From: Opitutales bacterium
GTDB lineage: Bacteria; Verrucomicrobiota; Verrucomicrobiia; Opitutales; PNEW01
Length of the DNA: 64,000 bases
Direction: 5' to 3'
Assembly: GCA_965197745.1 (NCBI GenBank)
Contig: CBDANS010000007.1
Coordinates: 2,016,001-2,080,000, forward strand
The notes beneath the pieces are model-generated. The model saw nothing but the letters and a program-made list of their open reading frames with translations. It was not told the origin of the DNA and did no database searches. Position 1 is the first letter of the stretch. Each line of letters opens with the position of its first letter. The translations under genes and the position numbers were made by a program. Below, piece after piece: positions 23,468-32,715 of this stretch.

Positions 23468-24385
23468 CTACTCATCAAGGAAAAACGGTTGCGTCCAGGC
23501 ATTTCTCTCTCCATCACCCCAACACTCAAAACGCAGATAACCAGACATAGGCGGCCAGTTCTCATCCTTGGATACATCCACTTTTATCGAACCGCTATCA
23601 CTTGAGGCAACGCGTTGTCCATGTCGGGATATTCCTACGATTCTGCTCGCATTTTCACATTCTATGACGATTTCGGGTCCCTCCACTTGAATGGTTTTAA
23701 TGACAACACCTGTAGAACAATAAAAACGCCCATTTTGTAATGATTCCAAAATATTTTCAGAACTACATGAGTCAGCATAAACGACATTCCATCCAACACC
23801 TGTATCTGAAATACCTGGCTTGCGATTTCCCTCACACCAGAAATGAGCATCATCATTGGCAAAACCCCATAGGCGACGTCCTTCAGAGAGAAGCATATCC
23901 CATTTGTTTGTTGCGTAAGGGCTGCCCGCTAACCTTCTTACAATCGTATTAAATATTTCTATGCCCACGTAATCTGTCCATTGTTGCAAAAGCTTAATTG
24001 GACAAAAATTAAAACCAGGCGTGAGGTTAGGATGGGCAACGACGATGAAACCCTGGGTGGCTTTTGCTTCATCGAAAACTAACTGTCGGTTGACATGGGG
24101 TTCGATTAGACGGTCACCATTTACGTGCAATAAATGCGGTCCACCCTTTGAAATTTCATTTCCCGGTATGAGCACGAGGCCCTTGTTGTCGATCTTTTCA
24201 TATTCGGTGCTATCGGTGAATATGTCATGGTCGGATATTGAGAGAAAATCGTAACCGAGGTCTGCGTAGGTATTGATTACCTCCTGCATAGTGTGGGTGC
24301 CATCACTGTTGGTTGTGTGCGTGTGCAAATTTCCCCGAAGCCAGGAGCCGCCCTTTAAGTTTTCGTAAGGATGTGTTATCTCCAT
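23468..24385 (-). CDS. PHP-domain metallohydrolase (CehA/McbA-like)
   Basis: GNLHTHTTNSDG, SISDHD, GNEI, AHP, ANDDAH. Confidence 0.88.
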   Translation of the reverse strand: MEITHPYENLKGGSWLRGNLHTHTTNSDGTHTMQEVINTYADLGYDFLSISDHDIFTDSTEYEKIDNKGLVLIPGNEISKGGPHLLHVNGDRLIEPHVNRQLVFDEAKATQGFIVVAHPNLTPGFNFCPIKLLQQWTDYVGIEIFNTIVRRLAGSPYATNKWDMLLSEGRRLWGFANDDAHFWCEGNRKPGISDTGVGWNVVYADSCSSENILESLQNGRFYCSTGVVIKTIQVEGPEIVIECENASRIVGISRHGQRVASSDSGSIKVDVSKDENWPPMSGYLRFECWGDGERNAWTQPFFLDE

Positions 24386-24462
24386 AATAGGTTATCTTCC
24401 ATTAAAATATTAAACTCATAGATATTATTTCATTCAGAGGTGGATATAAAGGGGTCAGACTG

Positions 24463-26035
24463 GAATGGCGTTAAGATAAGGGTGGTTTAGGATGATAAAA
24501 GCCTTTGTTTTTTCGTGAAGCAGAGACGGTCATCATGGCTCGTGGATGAGTCAATCGTTGGAAAGGTATAGGTCTACGTTTGAGGACTCTTGGTTCGTAT
24601 CGGAAGGGACGTAGGGGGACCGATTCGAGGGCAATGAGGTGTATCATCTCGTCAATGACAGATCGTTGGGCTCTGGGATTAAACCGGGTGGCCGCGAGCG
24701 CACTTTGATATTGGCGGAGGGTGTCAACAGCCCCCTTGAAGCTTAGCCGGGAGAGGTCGCGGTGGAAGGCACTGGCAGCTTGCTGCAAAAGAGCGCGGAT
24801 GAGAGATTGTAGGCGATGGCAAACATCGCAATCTCTTTGCGCACGAGAGCGACCGAGCGAGAGCGCAGGATCTCCATCCCCATGGTGGTTTTGATGTGGC
24901 GAAAGTAAAGCTCCACTGCCCAGCGCCGATAGTATAATTCTCCGAGATCGTGGTGGGAGTATTGGTGAGGATCGCTCAAGGTAGTCACGAGGTCTACGCT
25001 ATGGGCGCGGAAACCTTTGATGAAAATGAAAATCTTCACCAGCCGTACGGGGATCTCATCAGGGATTTGCCGCCACTGCTCGCGACTGAAGCCGAAGACA
25101 TTTTGCGGCTTCTTCCACATGATCAGCCGGTCATACCTACCCAAGGACCTGCCCTGACGAAAGTCGCTTCTTCGTTGCTGATGCAAACGCATGACCGCTT
25201 CAGCACCGCGGCCTTTAAGCAGGGCAATATTGAGGTAAGAGCAAAATCCCCGGTCGGCAAGGACCACATCACCCTTTTGAAAAAATCCGATCATGCCCCG
25301 CAACAGCACACTGTCATGATGCCTTAGTGAGGACTCCATCCAGTGTAAAAGCGCCCCACTGGCTAAAGAAAAACAGCCCACCAGCTTCATCACCGGAAAG
25401 CCGCAGCCGCTTCGTTGCTGCGAAGGCTGTGGGTAACACCTCTGCAAGCACGGCGTATCGGCGGTGGCGATACCCGTGCCGTCGACCACTTTTACCTCGT
25501 GACCTTTCCACCGTTGATCGTCGGTCACTCTCCCGGCCACCTCTTCACTGATCGCTTCATGGATCCCGTGCAGGTCTTGCACCAACAGCCGTTGCCTCGC
25601 CTGACAGTAGGCCGAGGCCGTTCCTTTAGCCAACTTCAGCCCCTTCATGCTGCAATAGCTCTGGAGCTTGCGCACCACTTCCCGGCAGGCAGTCCGTGGT
25701 GAGAGCACTTGGAACAAAAATGCCCAGAAGGTCACGTTTTGGCTGAACAATCTCCGCCGGCTGTTAGCCCCTCGAGGCTTCCGGTGTAAATACTTTTGCG
25801 GCACCCACTGCCCGAAGATATCCGATAGCTCGGAAAGACTTGACCGCCGTATTTCTACCAGCTTACCCTCCATCTGTGCAAGGGCTGTTCGGGGAGCACG
25901 ACCGAACAGGACCTGATTAAATCCTGGAAAATAACGAGTTAAGTTTTGTTTTTGCATGCTCGTTAGGGTAGCTCTCCAACGGTCCCTGTACAAGCATCTA
26001 TTGCACTCATTCTATCCCTTATCTTAACGCCATTC
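24463..26035 (-). mobile_element. IS4-family element, copy 2 (frameshifted)
   Basis: Near-identical to copy 1; same IRs; +2 nt (CT) after the YNL codons; flanks GGGTCAGACTG / GGGTCAAGCTG. Confidence 0.95.
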
Positions 26036-26179
26036 GGGTCAAGCTGTATATTTATAGATTTTCAGATTCAAAATTAAAACGGCCAGTTGAATCAACATAA
26101 AATACTGAATCCGTAAGTATTCAAATACCGTGTGAAAACGTATTCTAAGTTGAGATCTATAAATACACAGCCTTACCCC
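26036..26179. repeat. MITE-like family A copy 2
   Basis: Aligns end to end with 14591-14735. Confidence 0.85.
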
Positions 26180-26283
26180 TCTTTCATCTGTTAAGTATTA
26201 CTTATTGCCATCCTCCTCGCTATAGTCGAGACTCGGTAAAAACCTGTTGGCTAATCTAATGTTAGCCTTCTCAAAGAAGAGGT

Positions 26284-27339
26284 ATGCAAATGAAACCCAG
26301 GATGTCTTTTATTGGAAAGCTACTGTCCATATACACTATATTGGTCCTCACGGGTTGTTCGGACCCAACCCCAGGCCGTTCGACGCTCACGTTCCAGCAT
26401 GGTTTCTCCGCAAAGCCAATGCCGTGGACGCACGAGCGATTTGACGATGATGAGGATAAGTTCACCTTTGCCATATTTTCAGATCTTAACGGTGGCGAAC
26501 GTGAGAGAGTTTTTGAAGTGGCGGTTGCACAGCTCTCCCTCTTGCGTCCTGAACTGATCATCAGTGTGGGTGACCTCATCGATGGGGGGACTGAGGACCG
26601 CACGAAGCTGCGCCAGGAATGGGACTACTTCGATGAAAGGGCCTCGAAAGCGATCGCTCCTGTTTTTTATGTGGGAGGCAATCACGATCTATCGAACCAA
26701 ACCATGCGAAACGTCTGGACCGAGCGGTACGGTGCCCGGTATTACCACTTCGTCTACAAGAATGTGCTGTTCTTGATCCTCGATACAGAGGACTATACAG
26801 ATGAACGCATGCGGGAGATCTATCTGGCTCGTGCCGCTTTCCTCGAGGTGTTGAACAGTGATGAACCGGATCGGGCTCAGGAAATGGAGTACTTAAAAAT
26901 AGCCGAACGTAATACCGGTGAAATCGGATCAGAACAGTCTAATTATTTCCAGAAAGTCATCGCTGATCATCCCAATGTACGATGGACGATGTTGTTTATG
27001 CATAAACCGGTGTGGCAAAGGGATGACGAGCCCGATTTTTCCGCTATTGAATCGATGTTGTCCAACCGTCCCTACACCCTTTTCAATGGCCACTTCCACT
27101 CCTATTCCCACACCATGAGGAACGGCCGGGATTACATTATGTTGGGAACGACTGGGGGAGGACAGCGCGCCAGCGACGACATGTCCTTTGACCACGTCTC
27201 ACTCGTGACGATGACCGAAGATGGGCCCTCCATCGGGAATTTGAAACTGAGTGGCATCTTGGATAAAACGGGCCACATCCCGATTGGCGGAGACAGTTTA
27301 TCCTTCCAGGCGTCAAGGGACAGAGATGATAATGAGTGA
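26284..27339 (+). CDS. Calcineurin-like metallophosphoesterase, probable lipoprotein
   Basis: LTGC lipobox; SDL, VGDLID, GGNHD, MHKP, GHFH. Confidence 0.9.
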   Translation: MQMKPRMSFIGKLLSIYTILVLTGCSDPTPGRSTLTFQHGFSAKPMPWTHERFDDDEDKFTFAIFSDLNGGERERVFEVAVAQLSLLRPELIISVGDLIDGGTEDRTKLRQEWDYFDERASKAIAPVFYVGGNHDLSNQTMRNVWTERYGARYYHFVYKNVLFLILDTEDYTDERMREIYLARAAFLEVLNSDEPDRAQEMEYLKIAERNTGEIGSEQSNYFQKVIADHPNVRWTMLFMHKPVWQRDDEPDFSAIESMLSNRPYTLFNGHFHSYSHTMRNGRDYIMLGTTGGGQRASDDMSFDHVSLVTMTEDGPSIGNLKLSGILDKTGHIPIGGDSLSFQASRDRDDNE

Positions 27340-27507
27340 AGTGTGTACTCCTGGTTTGGATAGGCATTACCATAGAACCTAAAATACACTAAGACCTGTT
27401 GCAGGTGTCCCGCCTCTCCACCATTTCAATTTCCGAATGTCGATATGCGATTGCCGATTGAATGAGATAGCCACATAAAGCACAAAAGAATTGTAGGATT
27501 AAAAATC

Positions 27508-28431
27508 CTAGTTTTTAAACTTACCCTCCACAATCAACAAGTCCTCAATAGATGAGAGAATAACATCCAGCTCTCGATGATCGATTGCGTCCAGGGGTGT
27601 TTGGAAATAATTTCGGATCATCGCGCTTCGAATCACCCCGCGTCGCCTGAGTACTTCCTTATAAAGCTGCAACGGGTAAAGAGATTGTATATTCAGGAGA
27701 GGGAGCAAGTGATTGAATAAGCGTCGTGATTCTTCGGTATCACCGCGCTCATAAGTATTCCAGATGGCGGCATGCACATCCGGAATATCGCAAGCCGGCA
27801 TCGTCCCGCACACACCCCTGGCCATCTCGTTCATCAAGTGCCGGCCGGCCAGTCCACCGAATATCCCATGCAACTTTTCTTTATTCTGAACAATCTCAAA
27901 AAGTTTGGAAACCACATGCGTGCAGGGATCGGATTCCTCCTTGATATAGTGAACATGTTCGATCTCATCGATGATGCGCACCATAATCTCCGGGCCCATC
28001 GGTGAGCCTACAAAGATAGAGTTTTGAACAATAACAGGAACTTCAGTTGCGGCGCTAATGGCTTCAAAATAACGATATATCCCCTCACTGCGCAGGGGTT
28101 TTATGGAAGGTCCCATCGCCATAATGCCATCAGCGCCAAGGCCGTTCATCGCCTTCGTCAATTCTGCGGCGGCTTGCGCAGACACTCCGTTAGCGGTGAG
28201 GACAACCGGGATTCGACCATTCGCCTGTTCGCAAACAATGCGGCTGACAAGGAGACGCTCTTCATCCGAGAGCGCGAAAAATTCACTGACATTGGCAGGA
28301 GTTACCAACCCATGCGCGCCCGCATCAATGCTGAAATCAACAACCGATCGAAGAGACTCCTCGTCAATACTGCCATTCTCAAAAAAGGGCGTGACCAGAA
28401 TAACGTAAACACCGCGAAATTTATTGTCCAT
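27508..28431 (-). CDS. Dihydrodipicolinate synthase-family aldolase/dehydratase
   Basis: VTPF, ANVSEFFALSDEER, YIKEES. Confidence 0.9.
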   Translation of the reverse strand: MDNKFRGVYVILVTPFFENGSIDEESLRSVVDFSIDAGAHGLVTPANVSEFFALSDEERLLVSRIVCEQANGRIPVVLTANGVSAQAAAELTKAMNGLGADGIMAMGPSIKPLRSEGIYRYFEAISAATEVPVIVQNSIFVGSPMGPEIMVRIIDEIEHVHYIKEESDPCTHVVSKLFEIVQNKEKLHGIFGGLAGRHLMNEMARGVCGTMPACDIPDVHAAIWNTYERGDTEESRRLFNHLLPLLNIQSLYPLQLYKEVLRRRGVIRSAMIRNYFQTPLDAIDHRELDVILSSIEDLLIVEGKFKN

Positions 28432-28715
28432 CTTATGGACGAGTCAATAGGTCAAAACTTCAAAAGGTCAAAAAGGAAATGCGATAAGCTCACGCGTGTG
28501 TTCAGTAGGTTAACAGTTCAAGGTTCAGGGTTCAGGGTTCTGAAGTTAGGTGGAATATTGGAAGGATGGAAGTTTGGATGATTGTGGAGTCAACCGAATG
28601 ACCTGTTCTGAGTATTACCTATGGATATTCTCAATCTTCCATTATTCCATCCTTCCACTTATTCCCCGATCCGCCAGTTCGATAACGATCCCGATTTCGA
28701 TTTCGATTGTTTTAC

Positions 28716-28812
28716 GCTCAACAAATAATTCTAAAGTTCTGAATAAATCGCGTATCGGGATAATATTACCAAGGTTAACATCTGAGAGCAAAATAAAAAG
28801 AGGTTGACCTCT
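28716..28812 (-). promoter_or_regulatory. attI-like module 1
   Basis: Minus strand ends TTAGAAT-TATTT-GTTGAGC; homologous to the six other modules. Confidence 0.6.
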
Positions 28813-28855
28813 TTTGACTATGTTAGCCTACCAGTGCTAAAAGTGAGGCACGCCG

Positions 28856-29136
28856 TTAAGCGTTGCCCCCACTGTCTGGGTAAGATTTTGTTTCATCGGG
28901 ATCGAAATCGCTATCGCTATCGGGATCGATCTCATTGGTTCTGTAAATTGCCCGCTCATCTTCAACAGAATAGCCCCGTCCGCCAAGTCGGCTTAGCATC
29001 GCGGCCATCCGGTCTAACTCGCTCTTTCGCCCCTCGCTCGTCTTTTCTTCCAAGGCCTTTCGGACGCTTCATAAACCCAAGCGACATAGTCGATGGATAG
29101 ACCGTAAACGTACAGCTTCTCGTGTCCCAATGTCAT
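28856..29136 (-). pseudogene. Four-helix bundle protein (23S rRNA IVS / Avd-like), internally deleted
   Basis: MTLGHEKLYVYGLSIDYVAWVY joined out of frame to KSELDRMAAMLSRLGGRGY; CGATNN hexamer repeats at both ends. Confidence 0.8.
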
Positions 29137-29185
29137 CTTACTTCGATTCCGATAACGATCCCGATTTCGATTTGGATTGTTTTAC

Positions 29186-29284
29186 TCACAACAAGAAATT
29201 CTTAAGTTCTGAATAATTAGCGTATCGGGATAATGTTACCAAGGTTAACATCTGAGAGCAAAATAAAAAGGAGGTGACGACTTC
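29186..29284 (-). promoter_or_regulatory. attI-like module 2
   Basis: TAAGAAT-TTCTT-GTTGTGA; near-duplicate of module 1. Confidence 0.6.
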
Positions 29285-29715
29285 TAGCTATTCGTGGGAG
29301 CGTTCTTCTTTTGTTGTGATTGCATTACTACGTACCCTCCAAGATAGGAGAAAAAAAGGGCTGAGATCAGCATTCCAATTGGGACCCAAAGTACTGCTGG
29401 AAAAACGATGTAGAATGTATAAAAAGCCCAAAGGGAAAGCACCATACCGATCGCACTAGTTACCCAGATTATTTTTTCTTTGGCAACTCTAGCACCGAAG
29501 ACACCCCCTGAAAATGCACCCAGAGCGAGTCCAAATAGTGTCGTGAGCCAAGTACTTGTTGAGACGGAAGCCACCCGCTGCGCCACAGCTTCTGGGGTTG
29601 CCGGGTCCATCAACTCAGGTGGAGTCGGATTTATGGTATTAGCAATTATCCCGACCATAAAAAAAGTAATGGTGCCGACAACCGCACCTAGTATCACCGC
29701 AAGACTTTTTCGCAT
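29284..29715 (-). CDS. Four-TM membrane protein (cassette-like)
   Basis: Four hydrophobic segments; begins just after a degenerate attC. Confidence 0.8.
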   Translation of the reverse strand: MRKSLAVILGAVVGTITFFMVGIIANTINPTPPELMDPATPEAVAQRVASVSTSTWLTTLFGLALGAFSGGVFGARVAKEKIIWVTSAIGMVLSLWAFYTFYIVFPAVLWVPIGMLISALFFSYLGGYVVMQSQQKKNAPTNS

Positions 29716-29737
29716 ATGTTTTTCCTTTTATAAAACT

Positions 29738-29795
29738 GCATGCCCTCGCGGATCACGGGCGGCTGGAAGCCGTCGCGTGCATTCGGTTATTGTCC
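29738..29795 (-). other. Degenerate attC-like site
   Basis: Minus strand GGACAAT-N5-AATGCACGCGACGGC..GCCGCCCGTGAT-CCGCGAG-GGCATGC; 58 bp, directly after a stop codon. Confidence 0.6.
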
Positions 29796-29805
29796 AATCC
29801 CTGTT

Positions 29806-31038
29806 TTATAGCTGATCGCTCTTCGCGTCGGCATAGGGCAATGGGTACAAAGGCTTCAGTTCGTCGTGTCTGTCTGAGATCGCAGGGATCGCAACGGGTC
29901 TATGTTCCTCCTTCGATGTCCTCACGGCGATCGCACCGGCACACGTCCGCGCTGCCTCGTATACGTTGATCTGGGACATGCGGTCCTCCTCAATGGATGA
30001 CAGTAGGTCGAGCCAACTGAAGAACTCGACGCCGTCATGGCCCACCTTGTCAGCCATTTCCTGCGTCACGCCGGCCGGTAGGGAGATAGGTGGGACTTCG
30101 ATTGATTTCATCTCATAGGATCCATGGTAGGGACTTGCGCCCGCGCCGTCATCCACCAGGCATCCGTAAAGACCGGTGCTGTCCGACGGCGCTGGCAGGT
30201 AGCCGTAAAGACCGGTGCTGTCCGACGGCGCTGGCAGGTAGCCGGTGCATTCGATCGTGCCCTTGGTTCCCCATGCAGACTTGACGAGCTCTTTGTACGG
30301 GCGACGGGCTGCCTTTGAACATTGCACTCTGGCAATCGCACCTGAAGCCGACCTGAAAAGAGCAACGTCATGGTCGTCCACGTTACGCATGGGCAAATTC
30401 ATGCGGTTGCCATAGGCAAACACCTCCGTGAATTGTTCACCGAGGAACCATCGGGCCGTATCCACAGCATATATACCCGCACCTGCGGGGATCGGTTCCT
30501 GTGCCTTGACGCCATAACCCATACGGAAATTCGCTTTGTCCAACAGGTTTCCACCTACCTGCTGACGTATGTCCTGCAGATACTCACAGATTACATAGTA
30601 GATGTCCCCGAGGCTGCCCTCGTCAATGAGTTGCTTCATCCTGACTGATTCCGGTATCCACCTGTCGGGGCAATCCATCTGAACCTTCAGGTTCTTGCGT
30701 TCGGCCATTCGGATAATCTTCCAGAGCCTGTCCATCGACTCGTTCTCCATCGGCACTTCAACCATGACATGTTTGCCTGAATCAAGAGCCGCCAGGACTG
30801 CTGGCCCATGCAAATGACACGGCGTGCACACACAGACAATATCAATATCCGGATTCGATAGAAGATCATCGTAGTCTCTTGTCGCTGTCTTTATTCCTGC
30901 TTCCTGAGACACCTTCTGCAAAACGTCCTCATTGACATCGCAAAGTGCAATGCACTCAGCATGCTCCAGGAACTCGATCGTCCGCAGATGGTCCCTTCCA
31001 TGGCCCAAGCCAGCCAGTCCGATCTTATAGTTTCTCAT
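29806..31038 (-). CDS. Gfo/Idh/MocA oxidoreductase with an in-frame 13-aa duplication
   Basis: IGLAGLG, DIVCVCTPCHLH, GKHVMVEVP; GYLPAPSDSTGLY twice. Confidence 0.9.
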   Translation of the reverse strand: MRNYKIGLAGLGHGRDHLRTIEFLEHAECIALCDVNEDVLQKVSQEAGIKTATRDYDDLLSNPDIDIVCVCTPCHLHGPAVLAALDSGKHVMVEVPMENESMDRLWKIIRMAERKNLKVQMDCPDRWIPESVRMKQLIDEGSLGDIYYVICEYLQDIRQQVGGNLLDKANFRMGYGVKAQEPIPAGAGIYAVDTARWFLGEQFTEVFAYGNRMNLPMRNVDDHDVALFRSASGAIARVQCSKAARRPYKELVKSAWGTKGTIECTGYLPAPSDSTGLYGYLPAPSDSTGLYGCLVDDGAGASPYHGSYEMKSIEVPPISLPAGVTQEMADKVGHDGVEFFSWLDLLSSIEEDRMSQINVYEAARTCAGAIAVRTSKEEHRPVAIPAISDRHDELKPLYPLPYADAKSDQL

Positions 31039-31083
31039 TTTACGCGATCTCCCTTGCCTGTGAGCACCTGTGTGTTCGTCCTT

Positions 31084-31172
31084 GTACAACAAGTAATTCT
31101 AAGGTTCTGCATATTGAGTAGGGTATAATATTGTCAAGGTTGAAACTGTTATGTACATAGCCTGAACCCTTT
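31084..31172 (-). promoter_or_regulatory. attI-like module 3
   Basis: TTGACA-N18-TATGCA-GAACC-TTAGAAT-TACTT-GTTGTAC; distal end GGGTTCAGGCT. Confidence 0.65.
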
Positions 31173-31175
31173 TAA

Positions 31176-31880
31176 TTATTCTCCTGCGAACTTGATGCGG
31201 ACTTCGTCCAGAATGATGTAGCCCTCTGGAAGTTGCGACTGCCAAACTGGGTAGTCATGACCCGCTCTAAGAATATGGAGGTCACCGCCAGGGGATCCCA
31301 TAGGAACGACATTCAAAGGGAACATCACCAACATAATGTTGACATCGACGTCTCGCAATACCTGTTCCAATGGTTTGACACCGTACGAGTCAGTGCGGTC
31401 ATGACGAGATCCCAGAGCGGTCCATTGCGACGGGTCAGATACGAAGGTCAGCGTTTGCTCGGTCCACTGCTCGGACACCTGAAGGGCTTGGCCGGTCAAG
31501 AGCCAGCCACTGCAAATGCCCTCAACCCCACCCTGCATCAACAGCACAAGTTCTGCATCACGCTTCAGCAGTTCTCCTTTGAGGCGCACGGTCATTTTCG
31601 CATGGGTAAAGTCCGTTGGATAGCCCCCCGCGATAAAGCGACTGGGGCCACCAGCTTCTTTAATCGCTTCTGTTTCCGGACCATATGTGGACAAACAGGC
31701 CAGCATGTGCATATAGCCTGCTCCGGGGGGTGCGTGGTTATAGTCAATCCACCAGGGACTGCGAGCTGAGACTCTGTTATTTCCAAATTCGAGCGGTTTG
31801 GGTCCCTCGAAGTTGCTGATCCACGCATACCAGCCTCCGTGACCATCCTCGAACGTCTCAATGTATTCCGTCTGACTCAT
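31176..31880 (-). CDS. Hypothetical protein
   Basis: ORF with GGGAG RBS before ATG 31880; contains PWWIDYNHAPPGAGY. Confidence 0.75.
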   Translation of the reverse strand: MSQTEYIETFEDGHGGWYAWISNFEGPKPLEFGNNRVSARSPWWIDYNHAPPGAGYMHMLACLSTYGPETEAIKEAGGPSRFIAGGYPTDFTHAKMTVRLKGELLKRDAELVLLMQGGVEGICSGWLLTGQALQVSEQWTEQTLTFVSDPSQWTALGSRHDRTDSYGVKPLEQVLRDVDVNIMLVMFPLNVVPMGSPGGDLHILRAGHDYPVWQSQLPEGYIILDEVRIKFAGE

Positions 31881-31934
31881 TAGATAAACACTCCCTACTC
31901 TCAACGGTTCTGACTTCCAGCGCTCCGCTCTTTC

Positions 31935-32012
31935 GACTGACAAATGATCCTAAAGTTCTGCATATTGAGTTGGAGGAAAATGTTGTCAAGATTGCGGTGG
32001 CATAAGGGGTCA
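31935..32012 (-). promoter_or_regulatory. attI-like module 4
   Basis: TTGACA-N19-TATGCA ... TTAGGAT-CATTT-GTCAGTC; GGGGTCA at distal end. Confidence 0.6.
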
Positions 32013-32028
32013 TTCTCACCACTGCGAT

Positions 32029-32595
32029 CTACAACAACGCGCCAGTCGCTTTAACCAGCGCATCTGACAGGACCTCGTTTCCAAATTCGGTCATGTGGCA
32101 TCCGTCCTCAATGAGGCATTTCGTGTAGTCATTACTCATAATGACCTCATGTAGATCGTTCACCGGTATCCCTTCGACCTGCACGATCTCGAGCGCAGCA
32201 TCGTTGTAATCCTTAAGCTCGGCATCTTCCCTGATCTGCCACTCGTTCATCGATTTATCCTGCTCGGACCTGTAAAGTGGCGTGGTGGTGGCCCAGATCA
32301 TCTGTGTCTTCTCAAGCTCTTTGACTCTTGCAATTACCCGTTTGAGGGAGAGCCGGTACTGAGGAAGCAGAATTTGGTGGTCCCCGTCGGCCATCGGGAT
32401 GCAATCGTGTATGCCAAAGTTAAGATGAACCACGTCCGGTTCTTGGTCGACTACCCATTCCTGAATATGATCAAGAACCCAGAGACTGTGTCGGCAATTC
32501 TCCTTAGGCCCCCATACCTCAGCTTTCTTGCACTTCTTTGTCACCAGTGGTTGATACCCCTTCCGAATCGAGTCCCCGATTAACACGACTTTCAT
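32029..32595 (-). CDS. SGNH/GDSL hydrolase
   Basis: LIGDSI, NFGIHD, DGCH. Confidence 0.9.
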   Translation of the reverse strand: MKVVLIGDSIRKGYQPLVTKKCKKAEVWGPKENCRHSLWVLDHIQEWVVDQEPDVVHLNFGIHDCIPMADGDHQILLPQYRLSLKRVIARVKELEKTQMIWATTTPLYRSEQDKSMNEWQIREDAELKDYNDAALEIVQVEGIPVNDLHEVIMSNDYTKCLIEDGCHMTEFGNEVLSDALVKATGALL

Positions 32596-32614
32596 TTCAT
32601 CTCCTTGCTTTCAC

Positions 32615-32704
32615 GCATAACAAATGATTCTAAAATTCTGTATATTGAGTAGGGGTATAATACTGTCAAGGTTGACAACTGATGTAACACAGCCTGATCC
32701 CTTT
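32615..32704 (-). promoter_or_regulatory. attI-like module 5
   Basis: TTGACA-N19-TATACA ... TTAGAAT-CATTT-GTTATGC, then AAGGAG and ATG; distal end GGGATCAGGCTGTG. Confidence 0.7.
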
Positions 32705-32715
32705 ACTCATTTTTC

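Noticed and set aside
13021..26035. Composite transposon formed by inverted IS4 copies 1 and 2
   Set aside because: Copy 1 has its own perfect DR and the outer flanks differ (GGGTCAGGCTG vs GGGTCAAGCTG), so independent insertions fit better.
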